Shown here: positions 1-12,348 of the stretch, piece by piece
Position numbering within the stretch: the stretch's first letter is position 1
Layout of the letters: each line of letters starts with the position of its first letter
Source: Rotaria socialis
Taxonomy: Eukaryota
Direction: 5' to 3'
DNA: 64,000 nucleotides
NCBI GenBank assembly: GCA_905331295.1
Contig: CAJNYD010000068.1
Span: forward strand, 1 to 64,000
Program-made: the position numbers and the translations under genes
The notes under the pieces: generated by a model
What the model saw: only the letters and a program-made list of their open reading frames with translations
What the model was told of the DNA's origin: nothing
Databases searched by the model: none

Positions 1-319
1 TTTATATTCGTCGAATGATCTTGGTGTAGTTCATCGTGTACTTAGTCCTGTTATGCAATTAGTTAAAGTTAATGTTCATGGAAAGTATAATGATACTAAT
101 GTTGATTTATATGTTACTCATGCATTGATTGATCCAAAGATGTTAGGAAGTATTGAAACGCAACAGGATTGTTTTAATATTAGTTTCTATCTCAATTTCA
201 TTTACCATGATGAATGGTGTATACTTCTAATCAACATATTTGTATTTATTTTGATACGTTGCAAACTGATTATTCTGCTAATTCGGGACATTTATCTTTA
301 CGTAAAAATAAGAAAAAAA

Positions 320-696
320 TGTAACACGGAATTTATCACTAGGCAACATGTTTATCCTTTACATTATGGTTTTCTCTCTCTTTACTTCTAAGTTGTTATA
401 ACTCATGTTCGTGATCGTTTATAGTTATATTTTTTCTTGTTTTCTCTTTTTTATGTGTTACTATTCGTTTATTAGTTTCTATTTAGTATCTCGTGTTTGT
501 TTTCTCGTGAACAGATGAAGCTGTTCACTGGCAAAGGGTGGAGGTGTAAGGTAGTGGTGCTATCTGTGACCACTACCTCTCTTTGTTCTCATATCTATCT
601 ATTGGTCAAGAGACCTAAGTGAAGTCGGATTGGAAGAAGTTGTGATTGAAGTCGGTTTGAAGAAATAAAGAGTTAGGTAAACGTAACTATCTAACA
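320..696 (+). mobile_element. Possible 3' LTR of a decayed LTR retrotransposon
   Basis: Starts TGTAAC directly after a purine run (aaaaataagaaaaaaa) and ends TAACA, with AATAAA at about 664. No second LTR or TSD is visible in the window. Confidence 0.3.
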
Positions 697-1040
697 TATT
701 TCTATATGATTTACAAACGTTATTTTACTTTGTTTGAATATTTGCTAATTACTTAAAAGAGCCAGATACTTGTCGTTTATTCCATTGAAAAGGAGAAAAA
801 GTATTGTTCTATTTTGCATAGTTAGTATCGATAAAAGTTAAAATATGCGTATAAACATTGAAGCACTTTGCGTAAAAAATGTAGACGACGAAGACTGAGA
901 TTGAATTCTTTCCGTAGATGGGTAAAATAGAAAAGCTGACCGAAATATTGGATAAAATATAAGGTTTTCTGAAATATAGGCTCTATAAAAATTATAGGTT
1001 GAATCCGAGTCTGTAACCAAAAGACTTCAATATCTGTGTA

Positions 1041-2104
1041 CTATCTTTGTGAAGCACCAGCTTTGGACCTAGATGAAATCAGCTTAGTTCCATTCAATGT
1101 CACAATTGAAAATAACAACACACCAATTATGTCTACCTTAAATATTAATATATATATATATATTTAATGTGAATACCACACCAATTGTCTTACTTGACGA
1201 GATATTGGTACCCCATAACGGCATTCAGTAGCAAAATGTTCACAGTTACAACATATTAAATCATAACCTTTTTGACCAACAACTCTTTCAGCTTTTTCAA
1301 GAATGACTTGAACATCCAATGGTCTAAGCAAATAAAAATACGAATTGTGATCAGATATTGCCATACATTCTCATATTAATGAAAGAAAACAAGAAAAATA
1401 TTTAGCTGCTATTTAAAATGAAACACTATTCAAACATATTCAACACAGCGCAATCAATTTTTGTATTGATATAAAACGAAAATTTTAATTATTATATAAT
1501 GAAGCAGCTAAGTCTTGTATTCTGTGATCATTGCAGATGCCTTAGACTTTTGAAGAGACTACAACAAATGAGACGTGATCAGCCATCATAAAGGATACTG
1601 TCTGAGAATTTTATTTCATTGATCAAGATAGAAACAGCATAATCGCTTGTTTGGAAAATTTCAAATAGCTGAAAATCGTTTCCCTCGAGATAATCAATGC
1701 ACTTCATCCTATATGGATATAGGTATCTTTTTGGTGAAAGACTTACTGACGTTCAGAATCGAGATAATTGTTCACTCGCACTTTAATACCGTATTTCAAT
1801 ACATCAAATAATTTTGATTTCACTATTTTACCATTGTCAGACTGTGCACCAAAATTAGTCATAATACTTTTCAAAAAAGATGTAGATTGTTCGGTGTCAC
1901 TATCATTATTCCACCGATGAATAACATAACCGCCACCTAAATTGAGTTTTTGTCGAGAACATTAATACAAATAATTCACGTACCAATATAGATTGCCCAG
2001 TGATTGTATTGACCTCTATCGAATTCTAGCATATCACCCGGTTTTGCTGTTTCGCATATATCTTCAATCACTTTTTGCTTTTCTTCATCTGTTATATCAC
2101 ACAT
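1041..2104 (-). CDS. LRAT/PLAAT (HRASLS, NlpC/P60-like) phospholipase-acyltransferase, 4 exons
   Basis: Spliced translation: [49 protein letters not shown]...VRVNNYLD...YDLICCNCEHFATECRYG...VDIIGVLLFSIVTL...QR*. The family HWxxYxG, VIH and NCEHF catalytic motifs and a C-terminal hydrophobic segment are present. Confidence 0.9.
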
Positions 2105-2823
2105 ATTTAATCACATATAATCTAAAGTAATTGCATTTTATATGATTCTAGTTTTTCAAAGCTACATATTAAATGAATGCTGGAATAAATTAATATAACT
2201 TTTTATTATGAGCCTTCAAAAGCTCAAATCGATAGTGTAAGAAATCAATAACAATATCGATATGAAATTACACCATACTTGAATGATTCACAGTTTACGA
2301 TTCGATGACTTTGGGAATCTCTGATAGATGTCGATAATTGCTTACTAGATGTTTTTTTTAAAGAACAAATAAAGTATTCTTAGTGTTCTTCCGTGTTCGT
2401 TTCTATAAATATTAGCCGTAAAAGACAATACTGACAGTGTCAGTTAATATTTTCTTTTTCATTTTTTCTTCTCTTCTTCTAGATCTATCAGCAGCAACAG
2501 TGTATAATGAATGTTAGGCCATTCAGTGATGGCATCACATTCGAATGGTACAAAAAACAAAAATGAAGAAAACATGAAGAACAAAAAAGAAAGAAGAGAG
2601 AGAAAAAACCAAAAGATAAAGTACACATAGAAGTAAAATACACACACACATGCATACACATAAGAAATTGACTTGCGTACGACCGTTTGCTTGATGCTAC
2701 TTTCATAATTTCATTTATTTCTTTTTTTCAGATCGAGTACCAGCTCGATTATGATTGACGTATATTGCCTATCTATGACTACAAATAGTACAACTAAATC
2801 ATCATCAACATTAGTCATATTCT

Positions 2824-4726
2824 CTATAATAAACTTGATAGAAAAACGAAAATAAAAGTCAAACGATTGCGAATAATGGATGATCCAATTGACGATATAG
2901 CTGATGAAGAAATAGATGTATTATTTGTATCGTTGGGTATTGAATCATTGATTGGCAGAGGAGGCAATGAAAACTGTTCAGATAGAGAAGGCGTTAAGAG
3001 CTCAATTTCGAAGCATGAGTGTTCACTCGCATGATTTTGACTAGTTTTTGTTGCTGTTGTTGTTATTAATGAAGACTGGTTTGATGATGTTGACGAGACG
3101 GAATGAATTTTGCACGAACCATCAGCTAAATGACACGTGTTAAAACAATGTGGTGGTTGTCCATAATCACTGTTTGCCACAATACCTCCTATAATAACAT
3201 AAATGACATTAGAAGAATTACTTATAGACTAAAAGTAATCAGCTTAGCCATTGTGAATATGTTTCTATATAGATAGCATTTCTCTTCTTTATGTGTTTTA
3301 TCATGAAGTCGTATTTTATGATTTTCTGCTATCTTTTCAATACTCATCAGAACCTTGAGATAGTCCCATAATATCTAACAAATCATTTTCAATGTTATTG
3401 AGTGTCACATTGAAAAGCCATATGACACTTGAATTGGCCCATCATAAATCATTAGTAAATATCTCATTTTGATTAAACGAACAAATGAGATGATGAAGGT
3501 TTCAAGTACACTTATGTTAGATGTTTACGAATAGTGTTTCTGCAAAACAAATTTTTCCTCTCGATACATCAATACCCATCCGATGTATCGAATTGATTAT
3601 GAATCATAAAATAGCAAAATTATAAGCTCGACAATTTTTCAGTTCTAATAAAAAAAATCAAGATTCTATTGATTTGTTAATCGTATGTCATAAATCTGAC
3701 AAAGCAAAGCTCAACAATAGTTCCAAGTAAACAGAAAATCTTAGTTAACTTTTGGATGATAGAAACTATTTTTCTATCTAAATATGTTTGTTAGTCTAAT
3801 CAAATGAAATTACCATCGCAAAAGAACAATGATTGTCCAGCAAATAATGGTTCACGATCACTGGGTCTAAATGTGGGACAAACACGTTCGACTTCATCAC
3901 AGATCGTTTGACAAGGCGGTATAACTTGATTTTGATGGAAGTATGGAATTCTGACCGAACAAGTCCATGTTCGGTAAGCTTGCTAAAATATGAAAATAGT
4001 TAATTTACAAAAACAAAAGAAAAAGAAAGTTCTTACTAAACAATCGGCTCTGATTATTGAATAGCGGTTTTCCTCGGATGCGCAATCGATAGCTTCCATA
4101 TAAGTAACAAAAAGTTTCGAAGCATTTCGAGCTTCTTCGTCGTAGTATATCAATTTTTCGAACATCTTTCGACATTCGTTTTCTGTCATTTCGTTGAAAA
4201 AAAGTGTCTGATTTATTGAATGACTTAATGTATGATTTGAACAAAAATTTAAATGAAGTGTATCTAATGATACTTGATTGGAAGTTTCTAATTGTTCGTA
4301 GGGTGTTCTTTGCGCACGACTTGTCCTTGAACATAATCGGTCTATATCTGAACCATGTATTGATGAACATTTTTGTTCGTCCTCTTTGATTATGGACGAC
4401 GATAGTTTTGGGCCCGACGTGGTGCTTGTTGATGCGTATGTTGACATGAATTTTATTGAAGATAAGGAAAAAAATATTATTGACCAATGAAGATGATTGA
4501 TTAGGAAAAGCAATGTGAACATGTAGGTGAGCAAATGTTTCACTAAACATTGCTGCGGCCGATAGCGCCGCCGGCAATGATAAGTTTTAGGATTATTAAC
4601 TATCGATACGGAAGATTCGATAGAGGAAAAATTATATTCAAGTTCTTTTATTTGTTGATAAATATGTTCGTATTTAGGAATTTGAATATCATCATCACTA
4701 TCATCAGTGACGAGAATTACAGACAT
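2824..4726 (-). CDS. NALCN channel auxiliary factor (FAM155/NALF/NLF-1, Mid1-like Cys-rich domain). Exons 4726-4037, 3982-3814, 3188-2824
   Basis: N-terminal hydrophobic segment, then Cys-rich DCLQAYRTWLCSVRIPY...PPCQTICDEVERVCPTFRPSDREPLFAGQSLFFCDGG matching the FAM155/Mid1 pattern, then a hydrophobic C-terminus. GT-AG introns are phase-compatible. Confidence 0.8.
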
Positions 4727-7700
4727 AGCACAGTGCCAACGTGTGCATGGCTAACCTAATAGAAATAAAATATGTATTATTTAAAAAAAAAGACAAAAAG
4801 GAATATTTTATGAGATTTTCATCTTCATCATGACAGCAGAAATCGTCATCGTAGTAACAAAAATTATTCTAGTATACAGAGTTTTTTTTAAGTGCATTGT
4901 TTTGTTTTGAGTAATATTCTTATCAATTTAGCCTGTATTATGATTCATATATAACTGAAATATATAGCTTAGCATTATAAACGTTGCGGGACTCTACTCA
5001 GCATGAGTAAATTGATAGATACTTAATACTGATCATTTCCGGTAAAAATTGGTGCAATGAACTTTCCATTCATAGTTATCCTACACTAAAAATCTTGATT
5101 AATAGGTTTGGAAAAAACATAAAATGTACATATTTGTTATTATCTTTGACTTAGCTATATGAAACTATCAATCTATAACATCCAAAAAAAAATAAAATAA
5201 AAGAATAAAGCTTTTCTATTATAGATGTCACTAATGAATTGAACGTCTAATTTAGAAATGATATAGAATAAAAACTGATTATTGTCTTCCTCTGTAAATA
5301 AAAAATAAATGATCTTAGAATATAATCATTGCTTTAAGATTAAGTTATTAAACGTATCCGGGAATCTTGTCAATAGACTATAAGTTCATATATTTCAAAC
5401 AGAATTTTGCACGATCTAATCTTTTTATTTTTAATTAATCTTTCTGATAGAAACAAAAATGTTTGTTTTTAGGCTATTGAATTCTATTTTCATACCGTTG
5501 ATACGTTTGACAATGTAGATTTGTGATTGTTGATTTTGTCGTTGAGCATCCATCTGCAAGCACCGATGTCATCGAAGCGTTCAATGTTTTATCATATATC
5601 CTTATTGTCTTCAATTGAATATTTTATCTACAAAAAGAAAAAAAGAAAAGAGATAAGAACAATGACAAAGAAAAAGCTTAATAACATAAGATATATAAGC
5701 AGAAATAATTTGTAATATTATCTTGAGTACTTGATTTTTTTTTCTTCTGCAAAATATATGTATTTAATCATGATCGTCAAGTCAAGTTTCAATTACTGCA
5801 CATATAGTTGCTCTTGTTGCACACAACGGGATCTAAATTGCAGCAACATGTTCTTGTTTTCTCTCTACCTCCCCCTCCCCCCCCTCTCTCTTTAGTAACC
5901 ACTGCTACCGCTGATGATGCTTCTACTTTTATCGTCTCTATTATTATTATTTTTTGTGCGCTCTTTCTCTTCCTCTGTCTCCTTTTTCATTTTAGTTCTA
6001 GTGGTTCCAGCTGCCACGGCGACTAGGTTTTCTTTTTTCTCTCTCTCTCTTTGTCGCTTTTTTCTGTCTATACTAGTGCTATTTTCTATTAGCAAATACA
6101 CTGCTCTACTGACTGGTTGTTACAACGAGGAACACGAGAATGAACGAACATTTCGCGTCATTGTACGGAGAGAGAGAGAAAGATAAACAAGACTACCGCA
6201 GTGCTCTCTTCCCGATACAAAGGCTCGATCGTCCTGATGTTCTCTTTTCTTTGTGATTATTCTAGTTCAGGCACCGGGTCTATTTCCCTTCCCTTATCGT
6301 CTTTTCTTCTTATTCTTATTCACTCTTCACTCTTTTTTCGAATTAAACATACACAAATAACTCTTGAAGATTTATCAAATCATAATAGTTACATTGAAAG
6401 ATTACATAAATATTTATCAAAATATACAATAAAATTTAGAATAGCTTTTAAATACGTCCATGAAGAAAAAGAAGAAGAAAAAAAAGGAAAAAGAAATGCA
6501 TTGAGAACAATAGCAAAAGAATAAGAGCATGTTGATGTATATACAAGCTATAAACGCAATACGATCATTGAATAATCTCTAGAGATTAAGACCATATTCA
6601 CTACCGCTGTTGCCTTCATCACGTTCGTCTTGTTCAAGCCTTCCAATTCCTTGACATGTTCTTCGTTCGCTCTTGTTGATGTTACGTCCCTTCATTTTCC
6701 TTGTCTCTCTGTTCCATTATGCTCGCCGCACTCATGCCTTGTTCACTCTTATCATTCGTCTTTCTTGAGAAGGGCGAGCAAAAGTGCGGCAGTGGGAAAG
6801 AAAGCGACAACAACGTCGACGAAGACGATAATTCTACTCAAGAGAAAACGCAATGGTTCGCAGACTGAAATCGAGACATAATACGATGGGAAAATATATT
6901 GACATCACTTGTTTCCATGCAAGATCTTTTTCGATTAAATAAAAATTATCTTGCCTAAACCAATTTTCTTTAAAAAATTATCTGTGGAATACAATCCGCT
7001 TAGAGAAACAAAATAAATACACTAAAACAACGAAAGGTTCTTTTTTCTGTAACATAGAAATAACTTTGGCTAACAATATATTTTACATATTATGCGGAAT
7101 AAAGATGCCCGAAAGGGAATAAATGAACATTAGCACAACAAGTCCTATTTCCGATTCACACCAACAAATACATCTATCGTGTGAATCGATAGTATAAAAC
7201 TAGAAATAGGGAAATGGCACACATACGCGCAACGCCTGCAGCATTACTTTCTGTCTATCCCTTTGCTAGCTGATGTATGCGTTTAATAGAACATTAAAAG
7301 TCATTGAAACGTAGTTTTCCATCACCACAATTCATATATTGTGTGTGTGCATGCACCCGTATTTATCTATATAAGTTTTACGATAGATAATCTATAAAAA
7401 TAAACATTGAATTACGTTATTATTAGTCGATTACTTGACTCTCTATTTACTATTTTTTTTTCTTTTTTGTTAAATTTTATAATAAACAAAAGAAAAATTA
7501 GATGAACGAATTCATGTGTACACCCTCTATATTTTATAGTTAACATATATGATTTTTTACACTTGACAATTTTCTTTCTTTCACATCGCAAAAAAAAAAG
7601 AAGAAATATATGTTAACTTACATAATTTACCATTCAGTTAAAAAGAAATGATTGTCTGTGCATTTTTTCTTTTGAACACTCTCTTATTCATATCAATCTA

Positions 7701-10188
7701 AAGACATACAAGCATTCTCCGTTTCTATATGGATGTCTATTGTTTAGACGGTGCTCCCTATCATTCCGCAATTTGCTATCCTGTCAAATTGTGTCCCGTG
7801 TGTGCCATTGTCAATCTCACTTAGACAAGCAGTCAGCCAACATCGATTATAAAAAGCTGGAGACGTTTGCTTGTTCTCTAGGCAATATAATAAAAGCTAT
7901 TTCGTATGCATGCAATAGAAAACGGTACGGTGCATGATAGTATATATGTATCTACTCCTTTTTGCTTTACGCACACGAATAATTCATATTTATCGATATA
8001 TCTCATCTAGGTTTAAGTTCAGTCACAAAAAACTGACGTGACATCAACTAACTGTCAACAAGAATGAAGATAGATTTTGCGATTACTGTTGGTTAGATAT
8101 TTGTATTCATCTCAATGGATATTGACTGCAAGAAGAAAAAAAAGACGAGAAGAGCATGGTGGAAAATCAACCAGTTATCTATGTTTATTTGGGTAGAATT
8201 TTTGCTTCTCTCTATTCTGATCAATATCGAACTAATTGTCTTTATCACGATGTGCATTGAAGTAATATTATTCCATTACAGTAACAACAACAATAACAAT
8301 AACACATCGATTCATGTTTCTTCTCTTTCTTCATCTTCTTTTCTATTTCCTCCCTTGTCATTATTATTATCATCACAGTTGTTCTTCGAAATCGAAATAG
8401 TATATTCATCGATCTAATCATAAAAAATGACTAAACATAATGGAAAACGAGAAGAAGAAAAAAAGATAGTTTCTATGTTTTTATTTTACCTGTTCGTATA
8501 TGAAACAAATCACGTCTTTGACAGATATAGATATATGTTTGTATGAGCGGCCAAGTATGACGGCGATTGGCAATATGTCGATGCCGTCGTGCTATTTTTC
8601 TACAACAAATGATTTTTATTTCTTTCTCTTTCTCTCGTATTTTCTATGTTTCTCATCGTTCGGTTTCCTCTTCTCTATATTATGATTCAATTCCTTGATC
8701 ATTTGACCTACATCGTCTGTGTATATTTTGTTCGCTGCAGCAGTTCTCTTTTTTTTCTTTTTTTTTTCATATACACACGAAGGAAACAAGAGAATGAAGT
8801 GATAGAACGGTTGGACTTTTCTCACTAGTGTGCTGTCATTATTGTCATATAGGTTTTCTTTCTAATACCACGATCGTGACTTATTCGACAAGAAAATGAA
8901 AGAAAGAGAAAAACTATTAACGACTCGGCATCTTTCTTTTTCTTTTTTTTTCGCGCTCATGCTTGTTTTTTCTTCAGATAGATCTCAAACTAGTTGTGGC
9001 AGCCTACAGAATGAACTACACATTATGACATTTTCTTCTTGTATGTGAAAAGCAAGATCTTCTCAATAGTAGTCAAGTCTCGCGTTCTCAGTTCCTATTT
9101 GCACTTATAACCCAGACAAAAGACAACGAACTGAGAACTCATAAACAAGAGAGAGAGAGAGAAAGAATGCAATCTGTTTCCGGGAGTTTATTCACAGACT
9201 CGCACATCACACACACACACACACAATATTCATAGTTGAAAGAATAAGAGATAAATCTCTGACGACTAGTCAAAAAAAAGAAGAATCCAATCAATTTTTT
9301 CCTGCGCTCTAACTTTCAACAATAGACAACAATCGATCACTGATAGAAACATACAAAAGAAAACTATAATGTATAATATTTTCATCTAACTAAATTATAA
9401 TAATTATTAGTATTGTCATTATTTGCTTCATCTAATAGTTTCATACATTTTTTTTAATATTTTTTTTTATAAAAGAATAAAATAAATGATAGCTAAATAG
9501 GTTTTTTGTCTCATTCATCAGCTTTTTTCTTCATCGACATATAGGCTTTGGCACGTTCATATAATTCTTTAGGTGAATCAATTTTTGGAACATCATAATT
9601 TTGTTTTGTATAAATACCAGTATAAACACCCAATGAAAATGTAAACAACATTCGAAGAAATGACATTGTTTAAAGAAGATTATTTATATATATATATATA
9701 TATATATATGAATCTAAAAATAAAAACAAAACTGTTTGAATACTTTTGTGCATCCTCATCGATAAAGGCGCTATAATGGGGGAGATAAAATGCAAAAATT
9801 ATCTTTAAATTGTTATACTGATAAGAAATACGTAATGCTAAATGCTCTTAAGAATTAGTCTAATCTCTTGACGAGTGCACTAAATATGTTCTTTTCCCTA
9901 TTCAATTAGTTCTCAATCATTTTATACATCTATATGCTGTTCGACATCAAAATTCAATCGTTAGCTTATGACAAATTTTAACAATTATCTTTTATCGAAT
10001 GCAGATTTGTCTTGCGAACATAACTTTTGATAGAAACTGTCTTAAAAGTGTAAGATGCAAAACTTAACACTACTAACCCATCGGGATCACACATAGATAA
10101 GCCGCTAACATTGGAAATCTCTAAAAAAATTGTAATAAACATTTTTAGCGCCGCTTCATATAATCGAGTTGATTAACAAAAAATTCTA

Positions 10189-10831
10189 CCCAGGTCGAAA
10201 AATCTGACGTAAGATCTTGCAGTCCGGACGTCAGATCTCACAATCCGAACGAAATCTTATAAGCATCAGACAAAAAATCGTCGTCTCTCAAATCTTGCAT
10301 CAGATCACACTATATTTTATTTAAAGATCACAGATGCAATTTATTTTCAATAAAAATTTGTCGTAATATTTTAAGGAGATATTAGTTTAATTAAAATATC
10401 ACAGCCCAGAGCAAACAATCAGATGTTAAGATTTGATAGGATTCTGCATCTGATCTTATATGATCCTGTAAGATCCGACAAAAAATCGTAGTCTCTGAGA
10501 TCTTAGATCGAGTCGCAGAATCAGATTCTTGAAGGATCTTATCAATGTGTACGATCTTTCAAGAATCTGATTGTGAGACTTGATCTAAGATCTCAGAGAC
10601 TACGATTTTTTGTCAGATTCTTGTAAGACTTCGCACATATTCCAAGATCTTGTATCAGATTCTTCGACCTGGGAGTGATATTTTTATCGGTAACAGAACC
10701 TTTCAAGAATCTTCTGATACGACTTAGTGTAAGAAATCAGAGACGACGATTTTTCGTCTGACCTTATCAGATCAGATATGATCAAACGTATGATTCTTGC
10801 AAGATCTTCCCGTCTGGTTTCTCGCCCTGGG
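10189..10831. mobile_element. CMC/EnSpm-type MITE (outer element)
   Basis: Imperfect TIRs CCCAGGTCGAAAAATCTGACGTAAGATCTTGC / GCAAGATCTTCCCGTCTGGTTTCTCGCCCTGGG with TA on both sides. The termini fit the CMC consensus CMCWR. Confidence 0.75.
10405..10673. mobile_element. CMC-type MITE nested in the outer element
   Basis: CCCAG...CTGGG with an AG/AG 2-bp TSD and a long internal hairpin (about 10478-10614). It is an inverted relative of 11174-11475. Confidence 0.8.
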
Positions 10832-10962
10832 TATTTCAAGATGATTGATAGCTTATACAGTAAAAACCTCCAAAATCGATCTTCTCGTACCATTGAACTT
10901 TTACATGACATGAAAATCAAAATTGTTTTCGAAAGCCTACAAAACCAAAACATTCGCCGCTA

Positions 10963-11592
10963 CCCAGGAGCATGGTTCCGATAGTGAGATGTTGTCGGAT
11001 TCGTGCCGGAATCTTATCGGATATAGTATAGACTTCATGAAACCGACGACATCCTATCGGTATCCGGGCGTGGGACCTACAATCGGAACCCTAGTGTTGG
11101 AATCCGACAGGTTCCAGTATCGGAATCCAACATAAGCATTCGACTCATGTGTTCTGTTCACACCATATGCTTACCCAGGTCGAAAAATCTGACACAAGAT
11201 CTTATGAAGCACATACAAAATCTTGGAATACGGGTGAAATCTTACAAGAATCTGACAAAAAGTCGTAGTTCCTGCGATCTTAGATCATTTTCGTACAGTC
11301 AGATTCTTGAAAGATCTTACATATTAATACGATCTTTGAAGAATCTGACTGTTCAACCTAATCTAAGATCTCAGGAACTACGATTTTTTGTATGATTTCC
11401 GTATGATCGTGCAAGATCATATAAGATCAGATGCAAGATCTTATCAGATCTTACAATATGATTGCTCGACCTGAGTAATTAATAAAATGTTTTTTTCCGT
11501 CGGATCCGTTAGTAGGTTCGTGACAAGGAATCTAATCGGATTTTGCCGGCTTGTCAGATCTCATGAGATTCGATAGGATTCATTCACGTGGG
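10963..11592. mobile_element. Older CMC-type MITE hosting a second nested copy
   Basis: Degenerate TIRs CCCAGGAGCATGGTTCC / GGATTCATTCACGTGGG and CCGA/TCGG-rich subterminal repeats. The TSD is not conserved. Confidence 0.5.
11174..11475. mobile_element. CMC-type MITE, nested
   Basis: ta-CCCAGGTCGAAAAATCTGAC...CTCGACCTGAG-ta with an internal palindrome. Aligns by eye to the reverse complement of 10405-10673. Confidence 0.8.
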
Positions 11593-12348
11593 ATATGAAA
11601 CAATTTAATACAACCTGTAAATTGATACTTGGACTCTTAGTACATCAAAAACCTCTTCGAATTTTAATTCAAATCCATTTGACTATCCATGGTGTCAGAT
11701 AGCAGAGTCCGCCAACAATCTCTTCGACTTCGAACTACAAGTTAATATGTCACTCACTTGGTTTTGATTAGAATGAAATAAAATAAAAGGTGAGAAAACA
11801 ATCATTATTTTTTATAGTATTTTTCAGTCTGATGCAATAGATAAGTATATAGACATTAGTCATAATGCATCATTTACTCTACTTCGTGACAAGAAAAAAA
11901 GATTTATTGTTCTCTTTTTTCCAAAAAAAAACAAACTCTTTGTTTCACATGAAATCATCAACCATTGATATAATACTGAAAAAAAACAAGGCAGCAAAGG
12001 AGGATGCACAAAAACCAAAGGAACATGTCAATACAGAATATATATTGTTTTTCTTTCAATAGTTTGCTTTGTTTGTTTTTCTGTATTCATGTACAAATTC
12101 ACACTGTACACACTCATACACACATAAACTTACACGAAATAGAACGTGGCTGGCTAATATCAAGAACAAAAAATGTATATAGGTACATAAAGAGAAAAAG
12201 AATAAATGAAATCTACTAAATGTATATCATAGAGAGTAACTCGCTTATGTACTCTTAGAGTTATGCGAGATAGAAGCAGAATGCAAACTAAAACAGCAGT
12301 GACAAGACAATTTGTACAATGAACAAAAGAGAAAGAAAGAATGAAATG

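Noticed and set aside
3290..3545. Coding-like segment inside the last NALF intron
   Set aside because: Stops in the frames I read and no recognisable homology; cannot be supported as an exon or nested gene.
4005..4577. 190-aa alternative-frame ORF overlapping the NALF exon
   Set aside because: It overlaps the frame that carries the conserved Cys-rich domain and has no independent motif.
5527..9300. Many 60-110 aa ORFs on both strands
   Set aside because: They are low-complexity translations of GA/CT-rich and poly-A/T sequence with no domains. This is more likely the extended 5' or regulatory region of the NALF gene.
10684..11395. ORFs of 68-89 aa
   Set aside because: They lie within palindromic MITEs and have no transposase motifs.
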